A DNA stretch of 64,000 nt from the NCBI GenBank assembly GCA_946626605.1, contig CAMOUL010000003.1, positions 19,696 to 83,695 on the forward strand. Reading direction: 5' to 3'. Under the pieces are notes generated by a model. That model made no database searches, had not been told where the DNA came from, and saw nothing but the letters and a program-made list of their open reading frames with translations. Positions 7,098 through 16,296 of this stretch are shown here, piece by piece. Source of the DNA: an uncultured Bacteroidales bacterium (GTDB taxonomy: Bacteria; Bacteroidota; Bacteroidia; Bacteroidales; Paludibacteraceae). The translations under genes and the position numbers were made by a program. Each line of letters opens with the position of its first letter. Positions within the stretch are counted from its first letter, which is position 1.

Positions 7098-7380
7098 CAC
7101 TCGATTTGAAATGAACAATTCAGTAACTATTGCCATTAAACTTTACCTGTTATGAAAATGAATGTTTATCGTATCAAACAGCGCACGCAGGATTTCCTGC
7201 TTCGATTGTTTGTTGAGGGCGTACCAGATGCTACTCCATCCGATTCGTATTATTACACCTGTTCCCGATGTGGGACCTTCAGGAAACGTCATTAATTCGA
7301 ATTATTTCTCAGTATTTGCTGTAAAGGCTTGCATATTTCCTAAAAATATTGTACCTTTGCAGCAAATTTTTTATTATACG

Positions 7381-8262
7381 ATGCTACTCTATCCGAATTG
7401 CAAGGTAAATATGGGTTTGCGTGTTGTACGTAAACGACCGGACGGATACCACGATCTGGAGACAATATTTGTGCCTGTTTATGGTTTACATGATGAACTC
7501 GAGGTCGTTCCTGCCCCCTCATTTGCCTTTACGCATGAAGGAATAACGGTGGATTGTGCTCCGGAGGACAATCTTATTATCAAGTGTTACCGTCACTTGG
7601 CCGCTAAATACCCGCAGATAGGTCCTGTTTCTATCCGTTTTAAGAAGAATATACCCTTTGGCGCAGGATTAGGCGGAGGAAGTAGCGACGCAGCTCACAT
7701 GGCTATTGCCTTAAATGAGTTGTTTGACTTAGGATTAAGTAAAAAGCAGTTAGCCGCAGAGGTGGCTTCATTAGGAGCTGATTGCCCGTTTTTTATCTAT
7801 AATGTACCCTGTTTTGCCGAAGGCATCGGAGATATCCTCACTCCTATCGACTTGGATCTCAAAGGCGTACGTATCGTGATGATCAAGCCGGACGAGGGGG
7901 TATCTACCCGAGAAGCTTATTCGGGAATGAGACCGCGTCCGGAGGTTGCTCAAAGTATAAAGACCGCTATCGCTCAAAGTAAAAAGAAAAGTCTTTTGTC
8001 TTTTGACTTTCTACTTTCTACTCTTTTCATCAACGATTTCGAGGCAACGGTTTTCCCTCATCATCCTATTATTGCTTACATAAAAAAGCGTCTGCTGGAC
8101 GCAGGCGCTTTCTATGCTTCCATGAGTGGAAGTGGTTCAACTGTTTTCGGGTTTTTTAAGAATGATGCGGAAAGTGGTACCAACACCCACTTGGCTGCTC
8201 TTAAGCACGAGTTTGCCTCCATGGTACTGCTCGATGATACGTTTGGCGAGTGGAAGGCCTAA
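7381..8262 (+). CDS. ispE: 4-diphosphocytidyl-2-C-methyl-D-erythritol kinase
   Basis: The N-terminus is LYPNCKVNMGLRVVRKRPDGYHDLETIF, with GHMP motifs GAGLGGGSSDAA and MSGSGSTVFG. I chose the start at the ATG right after the TAccTTTG box, not the track's 7162. Confidence 0.9.
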   Translation: MLLYPNCKVNMGLRVVRKRPDGYHDLETIFVPVYGLHDELEVVPAPSFAFTHEGITVDCAPEDNLIIKCYRHLAAKYPQIGPVSIRFKKNIPFGAGLGGGSSDAAHMAIALNELFDLGLSKKQLAAEVASLGADCPFFIYNVPCFAEGIGDILTPIDLDLKGVRIVMIKPDEGVSTREAYSGMRPRPEVAQSIKTAIAQSKKKSLLSFDFLLSTLFINDFEATVFPHHPIIAYIKKRLLDAGAFYASMSGSGSTVFGFFKNDAESGTNTHLAALKHEFASMVLLDDTFGEWKA

Positions 8263-9246
8263 ACCCCATCCTCTTTCCTTGGAAGTGAAACCCGGCTCAA
8301 AGATGCGACGCTGGGTTTTGTTGTCAATTCCCTTGCCTGTATCCGAAACATCGATCATCACATCGTGCTCGTTCTCATGAAGCTGGATGGTAATTGCGCC
8401 CTCTCCGGAGATAGCATCTACCGCATTCTTGAGCAGATTTTCAACCACCCATTGAAGAAGCGGAGCATTCAGCATCACCGTACGATTGACCTCATTCAGA
8501 CAACTATCATCAATCGTAATCCTATTAGATATACGCGCGCGCATATAAGTCACAGCGTTTTGTACAACCGGAATCAAGTTCTCCGCCTGCAAAGTAGGTT
8601 CTGAACCTATCTTCTGGAAGCGATCAGCAATCATCTGCAAACGGTCTATATCCCGCTTCATCTGCGGTACATATTCGTCTTCCGGATATTTCTCTGCCAA
8701 TATCTGTTGCCAAGCGTTGAGGGAAGAGATAGGAGTGCCAAGTTGATGAGCCGTCTCTTTACTCAACCCCACCCATAAGCGGTTCTCTTCACTTCGTTGA
8801 CCGGTCAGCATCGTGATGACTGCGATGGCAATAAAGATAAAGATCAGCGCAAACTGCGCATAAGGAACATACCGTAGGCGGGTCAGAAGATTACTGTCAT
8901 CCCAGTAGATATACTGCGTCGTAGTATCGTCAATCTTCAGTTCTATCGGGCCGTGATCGCCTGGTTTACCTGCAGAAGTGACGTTACGGCTGGAGAGCAC
9001 GTTCCCTTCTTTATCGCAGATATACACAGGAATCGTTGTGTTCTTCTCTATGATAGACATGAAGAAATCGATGTCCGCATCCTCATCTGCAAGGATGAGT
9101 TGTTGGGTTGCTTCTGCCCAAATCGCCATGTTCTTCTGCTCTTCTTCCTGTAGCGAACGAGCCAGATTATTGGTAAATAGTACGGAAATAGCCACGATTA
9201 ACATGGCTATTACCAATACGATTGTTGCAATGCGTCTGTTAGACAT
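8137..9246 (-). CDS. Sensor histidine kinase (two transmembrane segments, HisKA, HATPase_c)
   Basis: It has the H-box ETAHQLGTPISSL, the N-box LLKNAVDA, and G-boxes DTGKGI and GWGLGLPLAKRII. Confidence 0.85.
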   Translation of the reverse strand: MSNRRIATIVLVIAMLIVAISVLFTNNLARSLQEEEQKNMAIWAEATQQLILADEDADIDFFMSIIEKNTTIPVYICDKEGNVLSSRNVTSAGKPGDHGPIELKIDDTTTQYIYWDDSNLLTRLRYVPYAQFALIFIFIAIAVITMLTGQRSEENRLWVGLSKETAHQLGTPISSLNAWQQILAEKYPEDEYVPQMKRDIDRLQMIADRFQKIGSEPTLQAENLIPVVQNAVTYMRARISNRITIDDSCLNEVNRTVMLNAPLLQWVVENLLKNAVDAISGEGAITIQLHENEHDVMIDVSDTGKGIDNKTQRRIFEPGFTSKERGWGLGLPLAKRIIEQYHGGKLVLKSSQVGVGTTFRIILKKPENS

Positions 9247-9249
9247 ATA

Positions 9250-10425
9250 TTATCCGAGCATCGTGAGCAACACACCTGCTGCGACAGCAGAACCGATCAC
9301 ACCGGCTACATTCGGGCCCATAGCATGCATGAGAAGAAAGTTAGACGGGTTCTCTTCCTGACCAACGGTCTGCGATACACGTGCAGCCATCGGCACAGCC
9401 GATACTCCGGCAGAACCAATCAGCGGGTTGATCTTCTCCTTGAGGAACAGGTTCATGAACTTAGCTAACAGTACACCTCCTGCGCTACCCAAACCGAAGG
9501 CCACAATTCCCATCGCGAGAATCATCAATGTCTGCCAGTTCAGGAAGCTTCCGGCAGTAGCCGTAGCACCGACAGAGAGGCCGAGGAAAATGACTACGAT
9601 GTTCATCAGTTCGTTCTGGGCTGTCTTGCTAAGACGATCCACTACTCCACACTCTTTCATCAAGTTTCCGAGCATCAGACAGCCGATCAGCGGTGCTGCA
9701 TCCGGAAGGATGAGGGCTACGATAGCCGTGATGATGATCGGGAAGACGATCTTCTCGGTCTTGGAAACCGGACGGAGCTGGCCCATCTTGATAGCGCGTT
9801 CCTTTTTAGTCGTGAGCGCGCGCATGATTGGCGGCTGGATAACCGGAACGAGAGCCATGTAACTATAGGCGGCGATAGCGATCGGTCCCAGGAGATGCGG
9901 CGCCAGTTTGGAAGTCAGGAAGATAGACGTCGGGCCATCTGCACCACCGATGATACCGATGGAACCGGCTTCTGCGGGAGTAAAGCCCATCGCGTAAGCG
10001 CAGAGGAAGGTAACGAAGATACCTATTTGCGCGGCAGCACCGAGAAGGAGAGACTTGGGATTGGCAATCAGCGGACCGAAATCCGTCATAGCACCTACTC
10101 CGATGAAGATCAAACACGGGTAAACGCCTGCCTTAACGCCTATATAGAGCACATCCAGCAGACCGGCGCCCTTGAGGATAGCCCCGTAAGAATGGTATGC
10201 CGGACTCGACGGGTCGAGGAAGGCGGTCCATAACTCATCATGGAACATGCCTGCGCCCGGGAGGTTGGTAAGCAACATACCGAACGCGATCGGGAGCAAC
10301 AAGAGCGGCTCGTATTTCTTATGAATGGCAAGGTACAGCAGGACGAACGACACCAGCAGCATGATACCCTGTTGCCACGTCATCTGCATGAATCCCATGC
10401 TTGTAAAAAATTCAAGTATTTCCAT
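9250..10425 (-). CDS. mmdB: Na+-translocating decarboxylase beta subunit (methylmalonyl-CoA/oxaloacetate decarboxylase)
   Basis: It is a polytopic membrane protein with the OadB-family look. It sits in an operon with carboxyltransferase, biotin-carrier and OadG-like genes. Confidence 0.85.
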   Translation of the reverse strand: MEILEFFTSMGFMQMTWQQGIMLLVSFVLLYLAIHKKYEPLLLLPIAFGMLLTNLPGAGMFHDELWTAFLDPSSPAYHSYGAILKGAGLLDVLYIGVKAGVYPCLIFIGVGAMTDFGPLIANPKSLLLGAAAQIGIFVTFLCAYAMGFTPAEAGSIGIIGGADGPTSIFLTSKLAPHLLGPIAIAAYSYMALVPVIQPPIMRALTTKKERAIKMGQLRPVSKTEKIVFPIIITAIVALILPDAAPLIGCLMLGNLMKECGVVDRLSKTAQNELMNIVVIFLGLSVGATATAGSFLNWQTLMILAMGIVAFGLGSAGGVLLAKFMNLFLKEKINPLIGSAGVSAVPMAARVSQTVGQEENPSNFLLMHAMGPNVAGVIGSAVAAGVLLTMLG

Positions 10426-10459
10426 TTGAATTTTTTATTTGTGATTTATAATTTATGAT

Positions 10460-10903
10460 TTATCCCAGCACGATCAGCAGGTCATCCTGCATCACGTTCT
10501 GACCCGGAGTAACAGCGATTTGCTTAACTGTACCATCGGCCTCTGCCATAATTGCGTTCTCCATCTTCATGGACTCAAGTGTCAGCAGGGTGTCACCTTT
10601 CTTGACAGCCTGGCCTTCACTTACCAGCACTTTGATAACAGATCCGGGCAGCGGACTCTTCACTTGAAGTCCGGCAGCAGGAGCAGCTGCTGATTTAGCC
10701 TCTGCCTTCGGTGCTGCAGGAGCTGCTGCAGGCTTCGGAGCAGGAGCAGCGGCCGGTTTGGCTGCTACAGGAGCCGCTTTCGGTGCCTCTGTCTCTACTT
10801 CGTATACTTTGCCGTTGACGGTTACTTTGGTCTTACCGGCTTCAATTTCTTCTACAGCGCATTTGTACTCAGCGCCGTTGATCTTAAATGCAAATTCTTT
10901 CAT
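10460..10903 (-). CDS. mmdC: Biotin carboxyl carrier subunit
   Basis: It has an Ala/Pro-rich linker and the biotinyl motif LESMKMEN. Confidence 0.85.
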   Translation of the reverse strand: MKEFAFKINGAEYKCAVEEIEAGKTKVTVNGKVYEVETEAPKAAPVAAKPAAAPAPKPAAAPAAPKAEAKSAAAPAAGLQVKSPLPGSVIKVLVSEGQAVKKGDTLLTLESMKMENAIMAEADGTVKQIAVTPGQNVMQDDLLIVLG

Positions 10904-10976
10904 ATAAATGTACGTTTAATATCAATTAAAAACCTTTGGTTATTCTCAACCCCGTATGGGGCACGAGTAACGAGGG

Positions 10977-11390
10977 CTAAAAACCCACGTTGTTCATTCC
11001 CACACTCTTCTCGTTCCACGCAGTCTCGTGTTTATGCAGCGAGATCATAGCCGTGGGGATGTCATGTTTCTTATTCTGCGCCAGATAGAGCGCGTAGGCA
11101 ATAGCGGCGATGTCCTCATCTCCCGCTTTGGCCAGAGACATAGCGATGGCTACCTTGGTTCCCTCGTCCGTAGGCTTTGCTGATGGAGCAGAAGCCTTCG
11201 GAGCGGGTTTGTCCTCTTGGGGGGCTTTCGGAGCCTTAGGCGCTGTCGCTTTCTGCATGATCCATCCGAAGAACATCAGGATGAATACCAACGCAAAAAG
11301 GAGCACTAACACGATACCGAAGCCCAGACCTGTTACCGTCCAGGTATTCGCCCATGTCCACGTTTCCGGGTTAACTAAAAGTAAAACCAT
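10977..11390 (-). CDS. mmdD: OadG-like small membrane subunit of the decarboxylase
   Basis: It has a single N-terminal transmembrane segment and an AP-rich linker, and its operon position fits. Confidence 0.6.
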   Translation of the reverse strand: MVLLLVNPETWTWANTWTVTGLGFGIVLVLLFALVFILMFFGWIMQKATAPKAPKAPQEDKPAPKASAPSAKPTDEGTKVAIAMSLAKAGDEDIAAIAYALYLAQNKKHDIPTAMISLHKHETAWNEKSVGMNNVGF

Positions 11391-11391
11391 A

Positions 11392-12948
11392 TTACAACGG
11401 AATATTAGAGTGTTTCTTTAGCGGGTTGGTCAGACGCTTGGTTTGCAACATCTCGAAGGCACGAATGATACGGCTACGGGTGTAGCGAGGCTCAATTACA
11501 TCGTCAATGTAACCGCGGTTAGCAGCCTGATACGGACTTGCGAACAAATCTTTGTACTCCGCCTCTTTCTCTGCGATGAATTTCTTCTTCTCTTCCGGAT
11601 CCTCGATCGCCTTAATAGCCTTTGCCTGCAGTACACCTACGGCACCGCTCGCACCCATCACAGCGATCTCTGCGTTCGGCCAAGCATAGCACATGTCACC
11701 ACGCAGTTGCTTACAACTCATCACGATATGCGAACCACCGTAAGACTTGCGAACGGTGATAGTTACTTTCGGTACAGTTGCTTCGCCGTACGCAAACATC
11801 AGTTTTGCTCCGTGATCGATAATACCTGCATATTCCTGACCGGTACCGCAAAGGAAGCCCGGTACGTCTACCAAAGTCAAGATCTGAATATTGAAGGCAT
11901 CGCAGAAACGAACGAAACGAGCTGCTTTGCGAGAAGCGTCACAATCCAGCACACCTGCCAGCCAACTCGGTTGGTTAGCGATGATACCGGTAGAACGGCC
12001 GTTGAAACGAGCGAAACCGCAGATGACGTTTTTGGCATAGTCTTTATGAACCTCCATGAAGTCACCGTTATCTACGATCGTATTGATGATTTCATGCATA
12101 TCGTACGGTTTATTCGGGTCAGCCGGAACGATGTCGTTCAGATTGTCATCCACGCGGGTGATGTCATCGGTACACTCTACGAGCGGAGCCTCCTCCATGT
12201 TGTTCTGCGGGATGAAGGAAACGAGACGACGAACTTCAGCCAGCGCCTCTTCCTCTGTAGCCGCCACAAAATGGGTCACACCGGATTTGGTAGCGTGGAT
12301 CTTAGCGCCGCCAAGTTGCTCTACGGTTACGTCCTCACCGGTAACGGATTTCACTACCTTCGGACCGGTGATGAACATATAACTGTTCTGCTCGGTCATC
12401 ATAATGAAGTCTGTTAATGCAGGACTATAAACTGCTCCCCCCGCACACGGACCAAAGATCACACTAATCTGCGGAACAACACCCGAGGCCAAAATGTTAC
12501 GCTCGAAGATCTCGGCATAGCCGGCCAGCGCACATGCTCCCTCTTGAATACGTGCTCCACCCGAGTCGTTCAAACCGATGATAGGCGCTCCGAGTTTCAT
12601 GGCCTGATCCATCACATTGCAAATCTTGAGTGCCATCGTCTCGCTCAGCGAACCTCCGATAACTGTAGCATCTTGTGCAAAGACGAATACCAGACGGCCG
12701 TCAATCGTACCCGATCCTACTGCTACACCGTCACCCAGGAACACTTTCTTCTCCATGCCGAAGTCGTGACAGCGGTGGGTAAGGAACATATTCACCTCTT
12801 CAAACGAACCTTCGTCGAGCAGCATGTTAATACGCTCGCGGCAAGTATAACTGCCTTTTGCATGGTGTTTTTCTACTGCTGCTTCACCGCCTCCGGCAAT
12901 AGCCGCTTCACGGTTAGCAACCAATTTATCCAATTTAGCTTGATCCAT
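11392..12948 (-). CDS. mmdA: Methylmalonyl-CoA decarboxylase alpha subunit / carboxyltransferase
   Basis: It looks like the acyl-CoA carboxylase carboxyltransferase family across its full length of about 518 aa. Confidence 0.9.
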   Translation of the reverse strand: MDQAKLDKLVANREAAIAGGGEAAVEKHHAKGSYTCRERINMLLDEGSFEEVNMFLTHRCHDFGMEKKVFLGDGVAVGSGTIDGRLVFVFAQDATVIGGSLSETMALKICNVMDQAMKLGAPIIGLNDSGGARIQEGACALAGYAEIFERNILASGVVPQISVIFGPCAGGAVYSPALTDFIMMTEQNSYMFITGPKVVKSVTGEDVTVEQLGGAKIHATKSGVTHFVAATEEEALAEVRRLVSFIPQNNMEEAPLVECTDDITRVDDNLNDIVPADPNKPYDMHEIINTIVDNGDFMEVHKDYAKNVICGFARFNGRSTGIIANQPSWLAGVLDCDASRKAARFVRFCDAFNIQILTLVDVPGFLCGTGQEYAGIIDHGAKLMFAYGEATVPKVTITVRKSYGGSHIVMSCKQLRGDMCYAWPNAEIAVMGASGAVGVLQAKAIKAIEDPEEKKKFIAEKEAEYKDLFASPYQAANRGYIDDVIEPRYTRSRIIRAFEMLQTKRLTNPLKKHSNIPL

Positions 12949-12955
12949 AATATGC

Positions 12956-13369
12956 TTATTTCGGCTGTTGACACAATTCAGTTAACACACCCTTCGTGCT
13001 CTTCGGGTGAAGGAAAGCGATCATCAGGTTCTCTGCACCTTTACGCGGAGCCTTGTCAATCAGCTGGATACCTGCTGCCTCGCACTCTGCGAGAGCTTCT
13101 GCTACGTTCTCTACGTTGAAAGCAACATGGTGTACTCCACCGCGACCGCCATTCTTTTCAATAAACTTAGCAATCGTGGACTCCGGGCTGGTCGGCTCGA
13201 GAAGCTCGATTTTTACTTCGCCTACTTTAAAGAAAGCAGTACGAACCTTTTGGTCCTCAACTACTTCAATCGAATAACACTTGTTCCCGGAGAGGAACTC
13301 AAAGAAAGGAGCTGCCTCTTCAATCGAAGTTACAGCAATACCTAAATGCTCAATGTGAGTCGGTTTCAT
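12956..13369 (-). CDS. mce: Methylmalonyl-CoA epimerase (VOC/glyoxalase fold)
   Basis: It starts IEHLGIAV, contains GGVHHVAF, and is the first gene of the mmd operon. A minus-strand TAacTTTG box lies near 13433. Confidence 0.85.
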   Translation of the reverse strand: MKPTHIEHLGIAVTSIEEAAPFFEFLSGNKCYSIEVVEDQKVRTAFFKVGEVKIELLEPTSPESTIAKFIEKNGGRGGVHHVAFNVENVAEALAECEAAGIQLIDKAPRKGAENLMIAFLHPKSTKGVLTELCQQPK

Positions 13370-13485
13370 AATGAATTGTTTTTTATAGATTTATAATGTA
13401 TATTATCTGATTTAAGGATTTATTCAAATCGGCTGCAAAGTTACAAATAAAACTTCACATATGCAACAAGAAATGAAAAAAAATA

Positions 13486-14115
13486 TTATCGTATAAAATG
13501 CGTAGGCGTAACAGGCTCTCGTTCCGGGATGGGTTCGTTCGCCAAACCACGTAATACACGCGCCATATTGTGAGCCAACGTACGCATGGTCTGCAATCCC
13601 TCCGCGTCTTGTTTCACCTGCCCCTCTTCACGCCCGTAAGCGATATTCCAATACTGGGAAGTGATGATGGGCATATGCATGATTTGCATAGGCATCAAAA
13701 GGGTTTGTAATGCTGCCGTAGCCCCTCCACGACGACATACTGCTACAGCAGCAGCCGGTTTATTCCGAAGCGCATCTCCTTGACTGAAAAACGCCCGTTG
13801 CATAAAACTGAGTAATGTTCCATTCGGTTGACCGTAATAAACCGGAGAACCAAAGACAAAAGCATCGGAAGAAGCAAACTTCGCTGTAATTGCATTACAG
13901 CCATCATCATTGAATACACAGCCTGTATGCCCGTCTGCAAAGGGTTTGCCGGAACGACATTGTCCGCAAGCGATACATCCGCGCATTGCGTGATTACCAA
14001 TCCAAACAATTTCAGTCTCCATACCTTCGCTTTGCAAGGTTTGGGCTATCTCATTCAATGCAAGAAAAGTATTCCCCTCTTTACGAGGACTACCATTAAT
14101 CAGTAGAATTTTCAT
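13486..14115 (-). CDS. Flavodoxin-like FMN reductase / iron-sulfur flavoprotein family
   Basis: The start MKILLINGSPRKEGNT and the Cys cluster CIACGQC fit the family. The start is uncertain, with in-frame ATGs at 14115, 14127 and 14157. Confidence 0.75.
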   Translation of the reverse strand: MKILLINGSPRKEGNTFLALNEIAQTLQSEGMETEIVWIGNHAMRGCIACGQCRSGKPFADGHTGCVFNDDGCNAITAKFASSDAFVFGSPVYYGQPNGTLLSFMQRAFFSQGDALRNKPAAAVAVCRRGGATAALQTLLMPMQIMHMPIITSQYWNIAYGREEGQVKQDAEGLQTMRTLAHNMARVLRGLANEPIPEREPVTPTHFIR

Positions 14116-14563
14116 GGTGGTTTTCATGATTAGCGTTTTCTTCATGTTTTTCTCCACGCAGGTGCTTGAAGAATAAGTTCACGGTCATAATTGCGATGGT
14201 ACCCATGACAGCTTCGGCAAACATACCGAAACCACACAAACCTCCGATGGCAGCTGCACACCATACTGTGGCAGCCGTAGTCAGGCCTTTGACAGTATCG
14301 CCGTCTTTGAAGATAATTCCGGCACCTAAAAAACCTATACCGGATACCACTTGCGCAATAATACGGGAATTATCGCCGCCTGTGATGGCAGGCGACATCA
14401 GTACGTATAATGTACTACCTATCGCTATAAGCGATATCGTACGCGTACCCACTGCTTTTCCATGCAACTCACGCTCCATTCCGATGAGGTATCCGAGCGC
14501 TGTAGCCAAAACGATCTTTGTAATGACGACTAACCAGTCCGTCTGCAAAAAGGTTTCTATCAT
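14096..14563 (-). CDS. MgtC/SapB family membrane protein
   Basis: The stretch LATALGYLIGMERELHGKAVGTRT is characteristic of the family. Confidence 0.8.
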   Translation of the reverse strand: MIETFLQTDWLVVITKIVLATALGYLIGMERELHGKAVGTRTISLIAIGSTLYVLMSPAITGGDNSRIIAQVVSGIGFLGAGIIFKDGDTVKGLTTAATVWCAAAIGGLCGFGMFAEAVMGTIAIMTVNLFFKHLRGEKHEENANHENHHENSTD

Positions 14564-14569
14564 AGTGTA

Positions 14570-15073
14570 TTAAAGATTAATCGCTTCTTCCCAAGTATAT
14601 TCTTTCTCTTCCGTTGCAGAGGGAATATAGCCCATGGATTCTTTTGCTTTTTCTTGCGGAAAAGTGAAATAGGTGCATGTGCATTCACAGAGCAATTCTC
14701 CTTCTGCAGAGTATAACTCCCCTGCTACAATGGCCACGTTACGACGCATTTCCTTAAGATAAGCCCGTAATTTGATGTATTCCTGAAGGGTGGAAACCGG
14801 TTTATGATAGCGCATCTCCATCTTAGCCGTCACACCGGCTGTTTTGAGTTTATGAAACACCACCCAACCGCACACTTCGTCCAGTAACACTGCCTGAATA
14901 CCACCATGCAGGGTATTGATCCACGACTGATGGTTCTGCGTTGGTTTCCAAATGGAGATGATATCCTCTCCGTCCTCAAAGAATCGCATCCGTGTACCAA
15001 TTGGATTGTCCGGACTACAACCAAAGCAGTTGTAGCCGGGCATTTTTGTCCAAGGATTGATTATTCGTTTCAT
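14570..15073 (-). CDS. PaaI/hotdog-fold thioesterase family protein
   Basis: It has an N-terminal CFGC motif and a hotdog core HGGIQAVLLDE. Confidence 0.65.
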   Translation of the reverse strand: MKRIINPWTKMPGYNCFGCSPDNPIGTRMRFFEDGEDIISIWKPTQNHQSWINTLHGGIQAVLLDEVCGWVVFHKLKTAGVTAKMEMRYHKPVSTLQEYIKLRAYLKEMRRNVAIVAGELYSAEGELLCECTCTYFTFPQEKAKESMGYIPSATEEKEYTWEEAINL

Positions 15074-16287
15074 TGCAAGCAGTTATCTAAGGCTGTTTGG
15101 ATGGCTTTTACATCTAAATGCTGGCCAATGAACACCAGTTTCTGCATGCGATCACCGTATTGTTCGTCCCAGTCCTTCCGCAATTGGGCATCGTCCGCCA
15201 TGAGTTGCATCAACTCTTCTTTAGGCATGGTAGCAAACCACTCTCCTGCTTTACGCAGATTGAACTGACGACCGGCTTGCTCAAAGAGATAGCACATATC
15301 ATACTCTTCGGCAAAATAGCACATACCCTTACAACGGATCACATTCTTCGGCCAGTGAGCCGCTACAAACTCATCAAAGAGTCCCAGGTCAAAAGGCTTG
15401 CGCGCGTAATATACATAGGTGTCTATTCCGAACTCAGCCAAGTGATCATGATCGCCATGCTCATGGTCATGATCGTGATGATGGTGATGATGCTCATGCT
15501 CCTCCTCTTCCTCATCGTCATCATCATCATCGTGATGGTCGTGATGATGGCTGGCATCTTCCACTTCTTGAATCCAAGCAGCAGAAGTAGCCGTACGGTC
15601 AAAGTCGAAGAGATTCGTATTCAGAAGCTTCTCCAAGTCCACATCGCAGTAGTTCGTTTCGATAATCGGAGCTGTGGGTTGAATGGCGCGAATAATAGAT
15701 TTGATTCTCGTCAGTTCCTCTTCGCTCACCTCAGAGGCCTTATTCAACAGAATAACGTTACAGAACTCTATCTGCTCAGTAACCAAGGCTGCAAGGTCTT
15801 CTTCCTTCGGAATATGATGTTCCAAGGCCAGTCCTCCATCAAACTCATCACGTAGTCGCAGAGCATCCACTACTGCGCAAATACAATCCAATACAGGTAC
15901 TCCGTCCATGGCAAATTGAGGTACCATCTCCGGATAGGAACAGATCGTTTGAGCAATAGGTGCCGGTTCACATATTCCGGAGGCCTCGATTACGATATAG
16001 TCATAGGCTTTCTGTGCAACCAGGTCATGTAACTGCTGAATGAGATCCATTTTTAGGGTGCAGCAAATACAGCCGTTCTGAAGCGCGACAAGCGAATCAT
16101 CCTGCTGCGATACTACTCCGCCCTGTTGAATCAGAGACGCATCGATATTGACTTCTCCGATATCATTTACAATAACCGCAAAACGAATTCCTTTCGTATT
16201 CGTCAAGATGCGGTTGAGAAGCGTTGTCTTGCCGCTCCCGAGATAACCCGTGAGCAGCAAGACAGGTACTTTATTGATTGTTGTCAT
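15070..16287 (-). CDS. COG0523 (CobW/ZigA-like) metallochaperone GTPase
   Basis: It has the P-loop GYLGSGKTTLLN, the CxCC motif GCICCT, and a His/Asp/Glu-rich tract. Confidence 0.9.
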   Translation of the reverse strand: MTTINKVPVLLLTGYLGSGKTTLLNRILTNTKGIRFAVIVNDIGEVNIDASLIQQGGVVSQQDDSLVALQNGCICCTLKMDLIQQLHDLVAQKAYDYIVIEASGICEPAPIAQTICSYPEMVPQFAMDGVPVLDCICAVVDALRLRDEFDGGLALEHHIPKEEDLAALVTEQIEFCNVILLNKASEVSEEELTRIKSIIRAIQPTAPIIETNYCDVDLEKLLNTNLFDFDRTATSAAWIQEVEDASHHHDHHDDDDDDEEEEEHEHHHHHHDHDHEHGDHDHLAEFGIDTYVYYARKPFDLGLFDEFVAAHWPKNVIRCKGMCYFAEEYDMCYLFEQAGRQFNLRKAGEWFATMPKEELMQLMADDAQLRKDWDEQYGDRMQKLVFIGQHLDVKAIQTALDNCLQ

Positions 16288-16296
16288 TGTTTTAAA

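Noticed and set aside
7162-7380. The track starts ispE 73 codons upstream, at 7162.
   Set aside because: The extension has no IspE similarity and contains ispE's own TAccTTTG promoter box (7352-7359). The conserved N-terminus begins at ATG 7381.
15430-15560. A His/Asp/Glu-rich low-complexity tract with repetitive GATGATGAT/CATCAT DNA.
   Set aside because: It is a typical metal-binding insert of COG0523 (ZigA/YeiR-like) GTPases, not a mobile or regulatory repeat.
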